The notes beneath the pieces were generated by a model. It was not told the DNA's origin and searched no databases. It was given only the letters and a program-made list of their open reading frames with translations. Positions 13,000 to 24,800 of a DNA stretch of 64,000 nucleotides are shown here, one piece after another. The stretch is taken from contig RDEW01000014.1 of NCBI GenBank assembly GCA_011109175.1, positions 992,001 through 1,056,000 of the forward strand. Reading direction: 5' to 3'. The first letter of the stretch is position 1; the number at the start of each line of letters is the position of its first letter. The stretch comes from Dicyema japonicum (lineage: Eukaryota > Animalia > Dicyemida). A program made the position numbers and the translations under genes.

Positions 13000-13900
13000 C
13001 TATGGATCAGTATTAATCCTTCTCGAAAGTACCTTTTTTCGGTTATGAAAAATCTAGAAATACTTCTTTCCACTCTTAACAGATTTGGGGGGGGGGGCTT
13101 GATCCCAGATTTTTAATCTGAGACTAGCAAGATGAATTCTCTAAATCGCGACGCAGGATCATGTCTTTTCTCCCCGATTCTGCTATTACTGATGAGGAAC
13201 ACCTTATGATATTGGGCTCATCAATTTCCACGGGGATTATCCTTCATATTCTGACTAAGAAACCATCAGAAATTGGTAGAACCACTCCTAGACTGCACGT
13301 GATTGAATCTCATAAAGCTTTTTTCTTCCTGAAGATTTATCTATTCCATCCTAGATTAATTTTTTTGTATGTTCCTTTCCTTGCTACCTCTTTCAGGAAA
13401 GCCTGGAAAATTTTAACAAACTCATTTCCAAGTCTATTAAACTTATTATCAAGCAATACGCTACTCATCCGGAGTATTATTCCAGATTTTTGCAAATCCG
13501 CTCTAGATGACAAAATTACTGCTGGATTGCGGAGATGGTCGGCGGTATTTGAAGAAACCCCCTTTGTTCCACAGAAATTGAGGAACTTTACTAATATTAC
13601 GTACAAGATTACTCAATACTCTTTTGGAAACGAGCAACTTGCATCGTCGGATTTGCATTCTGTTAGCTTCTTCTCCCTCCAGCGGTACTGGCTGAACGCT
13701 TTCTCATCCTCATCAATTGGGTTCGTTTTCGGATCAGGATGCCCTTCGAATTGGTCTTTCCGTTCATTTCGGGTCAACCAGTGTTAGCCTCATCCCTGCC
13801 GATGCGGATTTTTTGTGGACCCCAAAGGGCTTCACTCCCTCTTGTCAATGCAAAAATGGTCGGTTCCCGGGGCGTTCCGCTATTAATGCCGTCGTGATTG
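13000..13900 (+). mobile_element. Highly degenerate CRE-like relic
   Basis: ILGSSI, SHKAFFFLK, WLNAF.SSSIG..DQDALRIGL motifs. Confidence 0.6.
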
Positions 13901-14699
13901 ACTTTAGGATTTTAGATAGAGTTGCGAATAATGGAATCGTAGTAGATCATAATTAGGATGTGACGAAAGTTTAAGTGGAACTTCCATAGATGTATTAACC
14001 CTAGGAGATACGAGGAAAGGGAATTGTTCAATTAGGTGATCCAGTGTCTATACTTCGATTTGTCGATATTGGTATGATCGATGTATGACATGCTATTGGA
14101 AGATGTTGCTGGCTCGAGAGTATGAACGAAAGAGTTGAGGAAAAGAAAACTCAGTCCGGGACGGTTTAAACTATTTACTATGAATAGTCTGAAAGTTTGG
14201 GTGGGCATGACTCAAAGAAAAGACGAATTAATTGAGTCGTACTCTATTAATTCATTTTAATTAAAAAAAATAATTTCTTAATATCTTAATAAATATTTAA
14301 AATAAATTAGTATAAACTCGTGCTCATAACGTCTTCATGTAAGGCACATAAAATTGCCTTCCTTGATTGGATAGGTTTCGCTTGTGTGCTATATTATCAT
14401 TTGCACATTTTAATACCTTCTACTTGAAGGCTATGCTTATGTGCTACATTAATAATTAGTTTAATAAAAAAATCATTGACCTTCCATCTGACTCGAATTT
14501 AATCTTTCCAATACAGTATATCCATCTTATTGATCTCTGAATTGATTCAGCCTCATGTATGCAATTTCTCTTAATAAGCTTTACTTCATTTCTATGAGCA
14601 AAGTAGAAGCTCCTAATCATCGCTTTGAAAAATTTATGACAGAAATTTTTATAGCATAATTTTCTCAAGGATAGATTTTTGTCAGAGAATTAAGAGTAT

Positions 14700-15072
14700 T
14701 TTGCGGAGAAAATACATCCTTGTGGAGCGATCAGTATATTTTTGTTCTTCATTTGTATGAAAAGTGTACACGGATCATGATTGTTTCTGCTTGGTTTTCC
14801 GCTCTCTCATTAAAAGAATCCCTAGATATCGCCAGTATTTTACCTGCGCATATCCACAATTATTGACAATGATTTGTTCTCATTTTGTCGTTGATTCCAA
14901 TATATGTCTATGAGTGATTAAAGTTATCTTTATAAAATTACTTTTTACCAAAATTTATTGATTTTTTATTTACAATAATTGCTAGCATTCCCTCAACGCT
15001 CCAACAAAAATCTTCAGCCTTTGCAAAGTTCAAGTTTTTGTAAACTAGTGTATAGCCGTATGTGTTGCTCAT
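14700..15072 (-). pseudogene. Possible C-type lectin-like gene remnant
   Basis: MSNTYGYTLVYKNLNFAKAEDFCWSVEGMLAII followed by TYIGINDK resembles the CTL A..C..g.La / WIGL.D motifs; in-frame stops present. Confidence 0.35.
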
Positions 15073-15379
15073 TGTATCAGTTCATTTTATTCGATTTATT
15101 TATGCAATTTTTTTAAGTCAATAATATTCAGGAACAAAATAACATATTAGCATTGTAGAATGCGAATAAAATCTAGAACACATACATTTGGAAATTATTG
15201 ATTGCGGCAAGGTAACGTCAAGTTAGTGCTATCTTGTATATTACTATTTTCAAGATGATGACCAAATTTGTAATTTTTATATGAGAAATTAAATCAGTAT
15301 TCGTAATAAATAAGTTGTAGGAGTAGAAGAATTGGACTAATGAAAAACCAGAGGAATTTCGGCGGTTCCGAGCATAGCA

Positions 15380-15600
15380 TCAAATACAGGTCTCCTTATT
15401 CCTCACTTTACCAACTCTAACATTCCAGTTACCACAATGACGAAAGTGAGTCATATATGCCTGTAAAACATGAGTAGAACGCACCGAGCTCTTCGGGGTC
15501 GGAGCATAGACATTGATGATTGAGATGACAGAATTAGGTTTGTCCCTAACTTGAGTTGCATAATTGCAATACGATGCAAGACGGCTCATACACATATCAT
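15380..15600 (-). mobile_element. RTE-like APE fragment
   Basis: ISIINVYAPT, G.WN.RVG. Confidence 0.55.
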
Positions 15601-15779
15601 AAGGTCATAAAGATCTCTGTGGACCACAACCATAATGTCAACAATCAGAGTCCGTTGGGATTGAAAAAAATATTGTACAAGTCAAAATGTCAGAAAAATT
15701 CAATATTTGTTGATAAACCACGATTCAGCTTAATTTTATGATAGAACATTTAATTTGTGCAAAATGATAACCATAACGA

Positions 15780-16115
15780 CGCTGTCCTCTACCAAATAGA
15801 ATATGTACTGTTAATAGTATTTTCCTTCAATATTCAAGTCTACACGTGACCAACCATCGAAGAGAATAAGGTACTGGAGTGCAGACCTCCTGAGATTAGC
15901 GCTTCAGAACTGCTTCTTCCGAGGGGTGTCAGAGTGAAACTTGCTCGTTTATGATGACATCATCCGTCTCTGACTGGGATAGAAATTCGGGACCTTTTTG
16001 CTTGCCCTTGACCATCAGGGCTCGACGTGAATAATGGATCTCTGGGAGAATCCTGTCTTAGAGGAGCGTTTTTTGACGGTTTCAGGTTTCTACATGTTAG
16101 CGAAACTGGAGGTTA
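15780..16115 (+). mobile_element. Vingi-like LINE 3' tail fragment
   Basis: NKVLECRPPEISASELLLPRGVRVKLARL..HHPSL..DLWENP. Confidence 0.65.
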
Positions 16116-16245
16116 ATAATTTAATATTCAATTATGTTAGAAACAAGATTGGTGGTCTTTATTGTAAGAGAAAATAAGATAGTCCATGGTTCCTGATTAG
16201 TTGAATTCATGGATCCTTGAAAGTCAAAAATAGAGTTAGGTAATA

Positions 16246-16990
16246 CAACCGACCCTCGCAAATTGGTTCCTTAGAATTTTGTGGCCAATTTGAAAAAAAT
16301 AAAAGTCAATAATTTTGAAGAACAATTAAGAAAGAATTTTTTAATTCCTTAAATAACAAAAAAAACGGACTTAAGTTTTATTAAAATAACTTTAATTCCT
16401 AACTGTTTTTTTCTTTGCTTGCTTTGTACTTTATTATTGAAGAAGTTAGAAAAATTCCATGTTCATTCTCAACAATAGATAAGAGTTCCCTCTCTATTGC
16501 AGTTATCTACTAAAAAATTTTTTTGCTTACAGGTCTTATTTTTTCAGATTCTTGTTCACTATTTTCTGAATTTTTTAAAGAATTTTCATCTTCATTAAAT
16601 GCTAAAATGCGGCCTTGGTAGATATTAAGACATCATTCAGAGAACCACGTAGAAAATACCTTTAGACCCTACGATCTCCATCCATTCTACCAACTTCTCC
16701 TCAAGCTTTGGAAACTATGGTTTATGTAAAGCTTTAAAAGACGGTTGATATTTTTTTAGAATCTTTTAAAAAGAGTCCGTCTTCATTTAAAGATTATTTA
16801 TTGTTTTTCTCGATATAGTCTTTCGATACAAGTGAGAGAATCTATCAGCCAACTGCTGGCGCGAAATAACATTTTCTTTCTTATAATTTAAAATTTGAGT
16901 TTTTTCATTAAAAGTAAGGCGATTATAGCATCCACAAGAAGCATTCAAAGACATGTGTTAATCAAATTTTTATTTTTTTCCAATTTGTAT
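16246..16990 (-). mobile_element. pogo/Tigger DNA transposon relic (CENP-B-type HTHs + acidic tail, DDE deleted)
   Basis: YNRLTFNEKTQIL..ISRQQLADRF..ISRKTINN and FPKLEEKLVEWM; TIR-like TA|CAACCGACCCTCG at 16244. Confidence 0.7.
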
Positions 16991-17579
16991 TAAAATTAAA
17001 TTAAAAATTATGACCAATTTTTAAATTGGCCAATATATAAGGAGAATAGGATTTTTTCTTAGAAAATTACCATTTTAGCGTGCGACATGTGGTTCACCAT
17101 CTCAGGTAGCGCCAGAAATGATCTTAAATTATATCCAAAAAGAACCATTAGTAAATAACCATCCAGACGAGTTCCTCTGTACGGCACTTCCTTCAAGTCC
17201 GAGCATGCAAAAACTGCTGAGGGATGTCAGGATCACCTGAATTTTTTTCATTCTGGTTATGACGGTGTTTTTTGTTTAATAAATTTAAATAATGATGGTA
17301 AATTTAAGAAACTGATCCCAAATGCCATATCATGTTCAGAATATAAATATGTCGAAATCTCATCCTAAATAAACTGAAGGCCTCTCAGACCTGAGAGAGT
17401 TCAGACCCACTTTTAAACTCTCACTTAGCGCTTTCCAGGTCCAGAATTACCTTCCATATATCTCATTAGAGAATGTTGACTCAGAAGAATTCGATTCGCA
17501 TCAAATAGTATTCTTTGTTGACTAACTTTCTTAAGTAATACTTGTTTTTTTATTGTTAAAACAAAATAAAATAAACAAC

Positions 17580-17710
17580 CATGCATCGGCCTCCCTAACT
17601 GCGTGGATATTCCTTCTCAGAATGGCGAGCGAGATTCGCTCAAATAGCCGCAGCGCTTACGGGGATATCCTGTTCGTGAAGAAATCCTATTCCCTAGACA
17701 ACTCAGGTAT
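17580..17710 (-). mobile_element. CRE-like extreme 3' fragment
   Basis: GYPR.RC..FERISLAILRRN..AV, homologous to the ends of other CRE copies. Confidence 0.65.
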
Positions 17711-18459
17711 GTTTGTGGCAGTTTGGGGAGTGATTTTAAGTATATTATAAGAACTTTCACAAGAGTCATAATAATTATAGTCCTGCATATGCAGCAAAAT
17801 ATACAATTTTGGATGTCATTCTCTTCCACAAACCTCTATTGTTAGATAGAGATCTCGTTGAGTTCAGATCATCCGCGGAATTCAACTTTTTTGGTTTTTC
17901 ATGTCATTTCGCAGGACGACAGCAGAGTTAGCCCTAGCCTTTTACGAAAGCGGTCTGCCTGGCAAACATAATCGTCAAGTGGTTTCCTCCAATGTTTTCA
18001 ACCACATGAAGAAATTGATAAAGATCTTGTCACATATGAAAAGGATTCAAACTAGTGAGGAACAGTCACATGAGAGAACAGTTCGGGCATATCCCGAAGC
18101 AACGAGTTAAAAATTCTGGATTAAACTCACCAGCCTTTCGTATATTCCATAAATAACTAATATGAGCTTGGGTTATGTGGTTCACAAATGCTAACGGCCG
18201 GTTAAACAGCATTGGGATAAGAAGCTAAATTTGGAGTTACACGGTCATGGCGCAGCTCAAGCTCGCTTTGATTCGAGAATAACAAATGGAAAATTACCTT
18301 GTGAACGTCTACGTGCCCTCGTTGATTCTTGTTCGAAGCATTATGATTTATTGAATTTAGTTTCCAATTTGTGAGCCGCGTGGCGCCATGTGGTGTTTCG
18401 AGGCTAATTGGTTGAAGTTCTGTTGATCGTCTGTTCCTCCTCTCTCTTCCTATTAGAGT

Positions 18460-20150
18460 GGCGTCATGTGATCCACTCTCTAGGTTGCGCCCAGTGCTAG
18501 GCCAGCACGAAAAATGATCATTTGCTCTCCCCACTCCACTGGAGGGGTTTCCACAACTGCAATTATGGACGTCCTACTTTTTATGTTGATTCCGGATGGA
18601 CTCTGTTTCTGTAGAAGTGGAAACTGGATACACTTAATTAGTTGTTTTTACTTTAACTTTTTTCTCGGTTTATCCTGGGTTAATAAATTAATTAAGTTTC
18701 CAATTTGGCTTCCTATGCCCGATTTATCCACTACGGTTTTCTTGAGCTTTGTGATCATTGGTGGAGATATCAACGTGAAGCATTACCTATGGTTGGTAAA
18801 TAAACCATCCGATACAAGGGGGAAGATACTACTATTGCTGACCGTTCTCTTCAAGATCATGAATGACAAGACAACACATACAAGAACCCCCTTCAAGAAA
18901 TCAGATCAACTAACAACTCCAGATATCACGCTTTGCTCTTTCTACTTGTCGGCATATCGACCTGGTCGGTCGGCAATATCGATTACTTACAACTAAAGAA
19001 GTGACCACAACCGAATTTTTTTGAAGATCAAGAGAGAAATCTCGACTGGGAGTAAGTTTCCATACCACTTCAACTAAAAATGTGCCGACTAAAAATTTAC
19101 TATGCATTTTTACTGACAAATTTTAGTAGGAACTTTACTTAGACGGTTGTACTTTTCCGGACGTAGCAGTCGCTTATGTCAACAGCAGTATCTTGAATGA
19201 ATCGACTTAAAAAATCTTTCCTGTTGACTACAGAGAAAAAGCTCCATCGTAGGGATTTGAACAATGAAATAAAACGGGAGCTAAAAACACAGAAATCAAA
19301 ATGCATGCACGTACTTTTGTCTTTGAACAGAAATAGATTCACAGAAGTTTGAAAAAGTTTGAAAGACTATTTAGGAGGTTTCAAGAGCTGATGAAAGGTC
19401 ATCTGAGGATGATCACAGGCAAAAAAATCTGAATAACCTGATAAAATATCACGTAAAAATATCCCACAATTACCATAAGAAGTCAGATATACCCCCATTA
19501 TATCTCACTCAGTAAACTGAAAAGGAGGCCGGAATCGATATACTTCACCAAAAACAATGTGAGGAATGTATTGAAACTCATAAAGACAACCTACTCCAAT
19601 AGGCTTGATAAAATCCCAATGATCATCATAAAGAATCATGATGATTATGGAACTGCTGCATTGACGAGGATATACAATTACTCAATCAGTAAAATATTAT
19701 CTCAACCTTGTGCAAACAGGCACACCTACGTCCAATTCTGAAAACCAGAAAAACAGGTCGCGTTTCTCTGTTCGATGTCAAAAATCCTGGAGAAGCTGGT
19801 TCTCTATAAAAATACAAGACATTCTTCCGGACATGACATTTTAACATGGATTCAAAAGAGAAAGTCTAAGTCTTGACTAACTTTATACATTATGGATTTT
19901 CGCACAGGCCGGAACATCTGAAGATTGTAATTTGCTCCATCGACGTCCACAACCCTTTCATTCCAATGTCGAAGAAGATTCTTGGAAAAGTTTTCAAACA
20001 AGAGTCCCTGGAAAACTTAAAGTCTGGGTAGTTATCTTAGTTATCATTGACAATCAAAATCTATTTCTCGGCTTCCTCCAAATTGTGTTTTCAAAGGATC
20101 CCCTTATCTCTCTTTTTATTCAATCTATTCATCTTCTCCTTTGGTTGAGG
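18460..20150 (+). mobile_element. Degenerate Ingi/Vingi-like LINE with 5' structured end
   Basis: IIGGDINVKH, TPDITL, SDH (APE), decayed RT motifs; 5' pseudoknot homolog at 18460-18521. Confidence 0.7.
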
Positions 20151-20199
20151 TGACCTTTCTGGCACAAATGTTTTCTTCATGCACTCAATCTCCCCTGTT

Positions 20200-21305
20200 T
20201 TCCATTGGATCATTCAATGTAAGAGGACTTATAACACTTATGTGCGGACCTCCAACACTATGGAATATCTGTGTGCTGTCTCCAGCAGACTAAAGTCCCC
20301 AATGGCCTGGCTTAAACAATGAACAGGTGTCGACTGCTCTTGTTGCCGTCAGACTTACGACATTATGGGATGGGGTTCGCTATACGTATGGACGCAGCTG
20401 TGGTAGATCATAGAGCATCAACGACAGGATTGCCATCCTCAAAATACGCCTCGGAAACAACCGCAATACTACTCTATTGATTATCAATGTATATGCACAG
20501 ACTACAGTGAGGGTATCCGCCAACACAGAGGAATTTGAAAATTTCTACTCGTTCTTATCATCGGCTTACTCCTCCCTATCCAACTCTTACATGCTCTTTA
20601 TAGGGGAGACTGGAATTCCAAAGTGGGGAAAAAGCGGGACGAATCAAATTGCCTGGGTAGCCACGCTCGAGTGATAAGAAATCTGTCCGGGGAGGCCCTT
20701 ATACACTTCTAAGAGTCATTTGGACTGTTCCTTTGTAACACGGCGTTCCGACATGCAGTGCGACGTGTCACGACGTGGACAGGGCAGAGGATAGACTCCT
20801 GTGAAAATCGTGTCCATATATTTAAGCAAATCGACTACATACTATGGAGGCAAACACAAAGGAGGCTACTCACGGACTCACGTACGTACAGTAGCATTAT
20901 GGCCTCGAGTGATCACAGACTACTGGTGGCACGTCTCATTCTAAAGCGACGCATTGAAATCTCCGGAGCACTGGCAGCTCGTACGCGGAACAGGAACTTA
21001 GCCGTGGAGGCATATGTGCTTCCGGCGATTCCCGTAAAAAGTACGGCGAGAAAATCTCGAAACTGCTGGAAAATATCGATTCGAATGTATCACCCGGGCT
21101 GCTATGGAAGTATATTTCGATCAGAATTAGGCAGACTGCTGGGATAGTACTGAGAAATCGTCTAAGAAGGTTCAAGGGAACTTTTGACAAAGAAATAGAC
21201 GAATTGGCAAAAATCCAAAGGAAATTCCGACTCTTAATTGAGTCGTCAAACTCGACAAGCTTCAATGACTCTCTTAAAATAGAACGTAACAGCATCAAAG
21301 TGGTT
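20200..21305 (+). mobile_element. RTE-like LINE, APE region
   Basis: GSFNVRGL, IINVYAQT, TTWTG..QIDYIL, SSDHRLLVA. Confidence 0.8.
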
Positions 21306-23233
21306 TCAGACATGGAAGGTCGACAGCAAACGTTGTATGGAGCCACAGATGGCTGTGTGCAATGTGCCAGTACACAAAGGAGAAATTTCAAGCATTGGAC
21401 CTATCTTGTTCTTTAGACACCATCAGCCGCAAAAAGCTAATGCACGTACTGGAAAGATCTCTCCTCGGGGACTCGGAGGACGTTATTCACAGGAAAGTGC
21501 TGACGGTTACCCCTTTAAAAAATGTGGAGATCTGGATGGGGCGAAAGTACATAAGCACTCGCCTTCGAATTCGGTTGTACAACTTTTTTATCGAACCAAT
21601 TCTGCTTTACAACACGGGACTTGGGACCTAACCCCAAAGAACTGGAGAAGCTCAACTCTTTCCAACGAAAACAACTACGACTTCTCCTGGGCATCACTGG
21701 CCAAAGCGGATGACCAACGACGAGCTCTGCAGAATCACTCAAACACAGAATAGGAATAAAGTGACTTCGGCGAAATGACAGCTTTTTGTACATGTTCTAA
21801 GAGCTTCGGAAATGGCACCAGACAGTCAGACCGTGGAATCATACTTCTCTATATTAAACAAAGCAACGTACCGAGGTCGACAAAGAACTCATTATTATTA
21901 TTATTATTATAAGCAACTACATAGAATCATATAAACTATAATTCTATTCGTGCCGCGTCTGAACAATCCTCTTAATTAGCCTTTCCCATCCCCTCCTGTC
22001 CGATGCCAAGTGCCGCAGACTACTAAGGTCTTCACCGTCCTTTAGTTGTCTGGTTACTGATCTCAGGTCACCATTAAGGACTTCCGGAAGAGTTATTCTT
22101 GGACGACCTCTGAACTTCTCCCCTGACGTATCGAAGTATTCTTCCATGACGACGTTTGCTGGCGTGTCTTGTTCCAATCTGAGAATATGGCCAAACAATC
22201 TCCAGCGAGCCTTCATGATCATGGTGCTCAGAGGTCCGGAACCGCATCTTCTATATAAATTTTCACTCCCTACACGCATTGGCCACTTTAGTCCCAAGAG
22301 AGACCGAAGTTGCCTTCTGTGAAAGGAGTCAAGGTTTTGTTCGTCCGTTTTCGAAATTCCCCACGTCCCAGAGTTGTATGTTAGTATGGGCCTCACGAAC
22401 GCCTCATACAACCTGAGTCGGAGTGATGGCCCGACCGAGCATTTTCTTATCCAACATTTCATAAGTTTTTGCATAGTAACCGTAGATAACAATTTTCTTC
22501 TTGCAATGTCTTCGGAGTCTCCGAGAAGAGAGCCAAGCTTTACGGTCTTCCTCCAACATTCACTATTGCGTAGTTCCATCCGCTTAATTTCAACAATATC
22601 CGTTTTCTGAACATTCAGTGATAGACACCATTTGGCCAAACAGCCTGATGCAACCTCCAAGAGACGTAAGAGTGCTTCTTTGTCAGTCGAGATAAAGTCA
22701 ACATCATCGGCATACACGATCTCCATAATATCATTGTTGTAATACTTCCGGAGGTCTTGCAGAGCCGATTCAAGGTATATAGCAAACAATACTGGGGAAA
22801 GGGAATCTCCTTGGGGTGTGCCCACTGTTGAAATAATTTCCCGTGACAAACATTTTCCAATACGCACTCGTAACCTCGTGTTTGATAAGAGTATCCGTAT
22901 CAGAATAACCGAGTCCTTATCCAGGAAACTTTCAAGCACTTCAATGAGTTTTCCCCGACGGACAGTGTCGAAAGCTCTGGTCAGATCAATTCCAAGGATA
23001 GTCTTTGAGCTCCGGAATCTTTGTTGAATAGCACATTGCCATCTATGGCACCATACTACATCAGCCGTTGATCTCCCTGTCCTAAAATTACTCTGGCTCT
23101 GGGCCAAGTACCCGTCCACCGGCTCTTGGATCCGATTAAGAGTAATTAGGGCAAGGATCTTCCTTAAGGTGTTTAGAAGGATGACAGGGCGCAGGTTTTC
23201 AAAGAACTCATGTGCATAGGAAAAAAGCTGAAA
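21306..23233 (+). mobile_element. RTE-like 3' fragment flanked by a 25-bp direct repeat and interrupted by a younger RTE
   Basis: SLLGDSED, RLRIRLYN..EPILLYN.G, FQRKQLR; repeat AGAACGTAACAGCATCAAAGTGGTT at 21281-21305 and 23234-23258. Confidence 0.7.
21893..23199 (-). mobile_element. Young 5'-truncated RTE retrotransposon (uninterrupted RT ORF to stop at 21944)
   Basis: NLRPVILLN, IDLTRAFD, GTPQGDSLSP, YADD, ARWRLFGHILR; (TAA)n tail; 12-bp TSD CAAAGAACTCAT at 21881-21892 and 23200-23211. Confidence 0.92.
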
Positions 23234-23289
23234 AGAACGTAACAGCATCAAAGTGGTTATTATTAATAATAATATTCATCTTCTTAAAA

Positions 23290-24000
23290 CAGAAACCGAA
23301 AATGATATTCTTCTCACTTATAGTCGTCACAGCTTCTCACGTTCTGGACATAGAGACTGCTAGTTCAGGATTGTAACAAAGCTGGACTGTTTCAACGAAT
23401 GACTAATTATTAACCGCATGTCGACCAGCACTCAAAAGTCAGTCACAACTCTTTCCACGTCAGAAAAGAAACTGAGAAAACAGACGGTCTAATTAAAAGC
23501 TAGCGACGGTGTTATCCCATTTTTCAGATCTCAAAAGATCCTTAAGGTTATTTTTGACATGCAATTTTCCTCTATGTTGAAAATATGTAACAAAATGTCT
23601 CTCGGAGTTATGGAAGATCTGAAATCACCCTATTTTGGAGACTATCTGCAAGCAATACATTGAGCCATGCATTTATTAAGAGTGTGTCTCATGAGATCCA
23701 CTCATTTCCTGGACAAATACCTTAAGAGATCGAATCCAGTCAGAAAAGGACTTTCAAAGTTACATAACGATGGACTTCTGGAAAGGTCCCCTCTCCTATG
23801 CCTTTGGAATCCGTAAGAAAAGAAGAGCGTGCCGTGCGACTACGAATATCCAGTTATACTACCGACACATGCTTGTGTGGGCTCGGGGGAGGAACACTGG
23901 GCCAAGATGAGGTCTCAGTTGGAACATGAGGAATCACGTGAGTGGCTAGTATGGTTTTACTGTAATCTTTGGAATCTTTCACTCATTCACTCATTCACTA
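23290..24000 (+). mobile_element. Decayed LINE RT/3' fragment
   Basis: Remnant QKILKVIFD and related motifs. Confidence 0.45.
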
Positions 24001-24800
24001 TCAACATAAACTAATCAACTCTAGCGATAAACATGGTAAAAATTAAAGGGTCTCTGCAATGCCGGACTAGGCCATCAAGACAGCATATTGATCCCACGAA
24101 AATATAGAGAACTAAGTCATTCGGTCGTATCGAAAATAATCAATTTAAGTTACTAAAGTGGTAGTAGCTATAACCTTTTGAAAACCATTGTACTAAACGA
24201 AATAGACCAAGCGAAACAATAAATTCTTCGCATTCAAATTCAAAGATGGAATCACGTGCATTTAGTAATTAAGAACTCTTGGATCATCGATAAAGAAAGA
24301 CAGAACACAGTTAGCTATCCCCAGTTCCCGCAATTAATCGAGTCATCCAACGTCTTTGGTCTCCCATTGTTCCCACTACCATACGACAGAGCCTTCTCTC
24401 ATCCTTGCAGAGGAATCGGATTGTGCATTAGTTCCACGTGCATTAGTTTGTTCTTTAAGTGGGTTAACAATTTGAAGAAAAAAACAAATAAAACAGTTGA
24501 AATATATTTAAGTTGAAATTTATTATATAGCTTGTAGAACAAATAATTAAATGGTTAAAAGTTCTTCAAGGTTAAATTGTAGCGTTTAGCATGTCTTGCC
24601 ACATAATCAATCTAGTGTTAAATCCATCATATTTATACTAAAAATAGCATTAATAATGTCTTTATTAATTGTTATTACATAGTTAATACTTGTTTTCAAA
24701 CTATGATCGCCGTAAGAATTACCGGCATGTCACGCTACGAAAAACGTTTTATGGTTCACAATATGAATTGAATTCCGCGACTTTCGTAGTTTTGTTCGTA

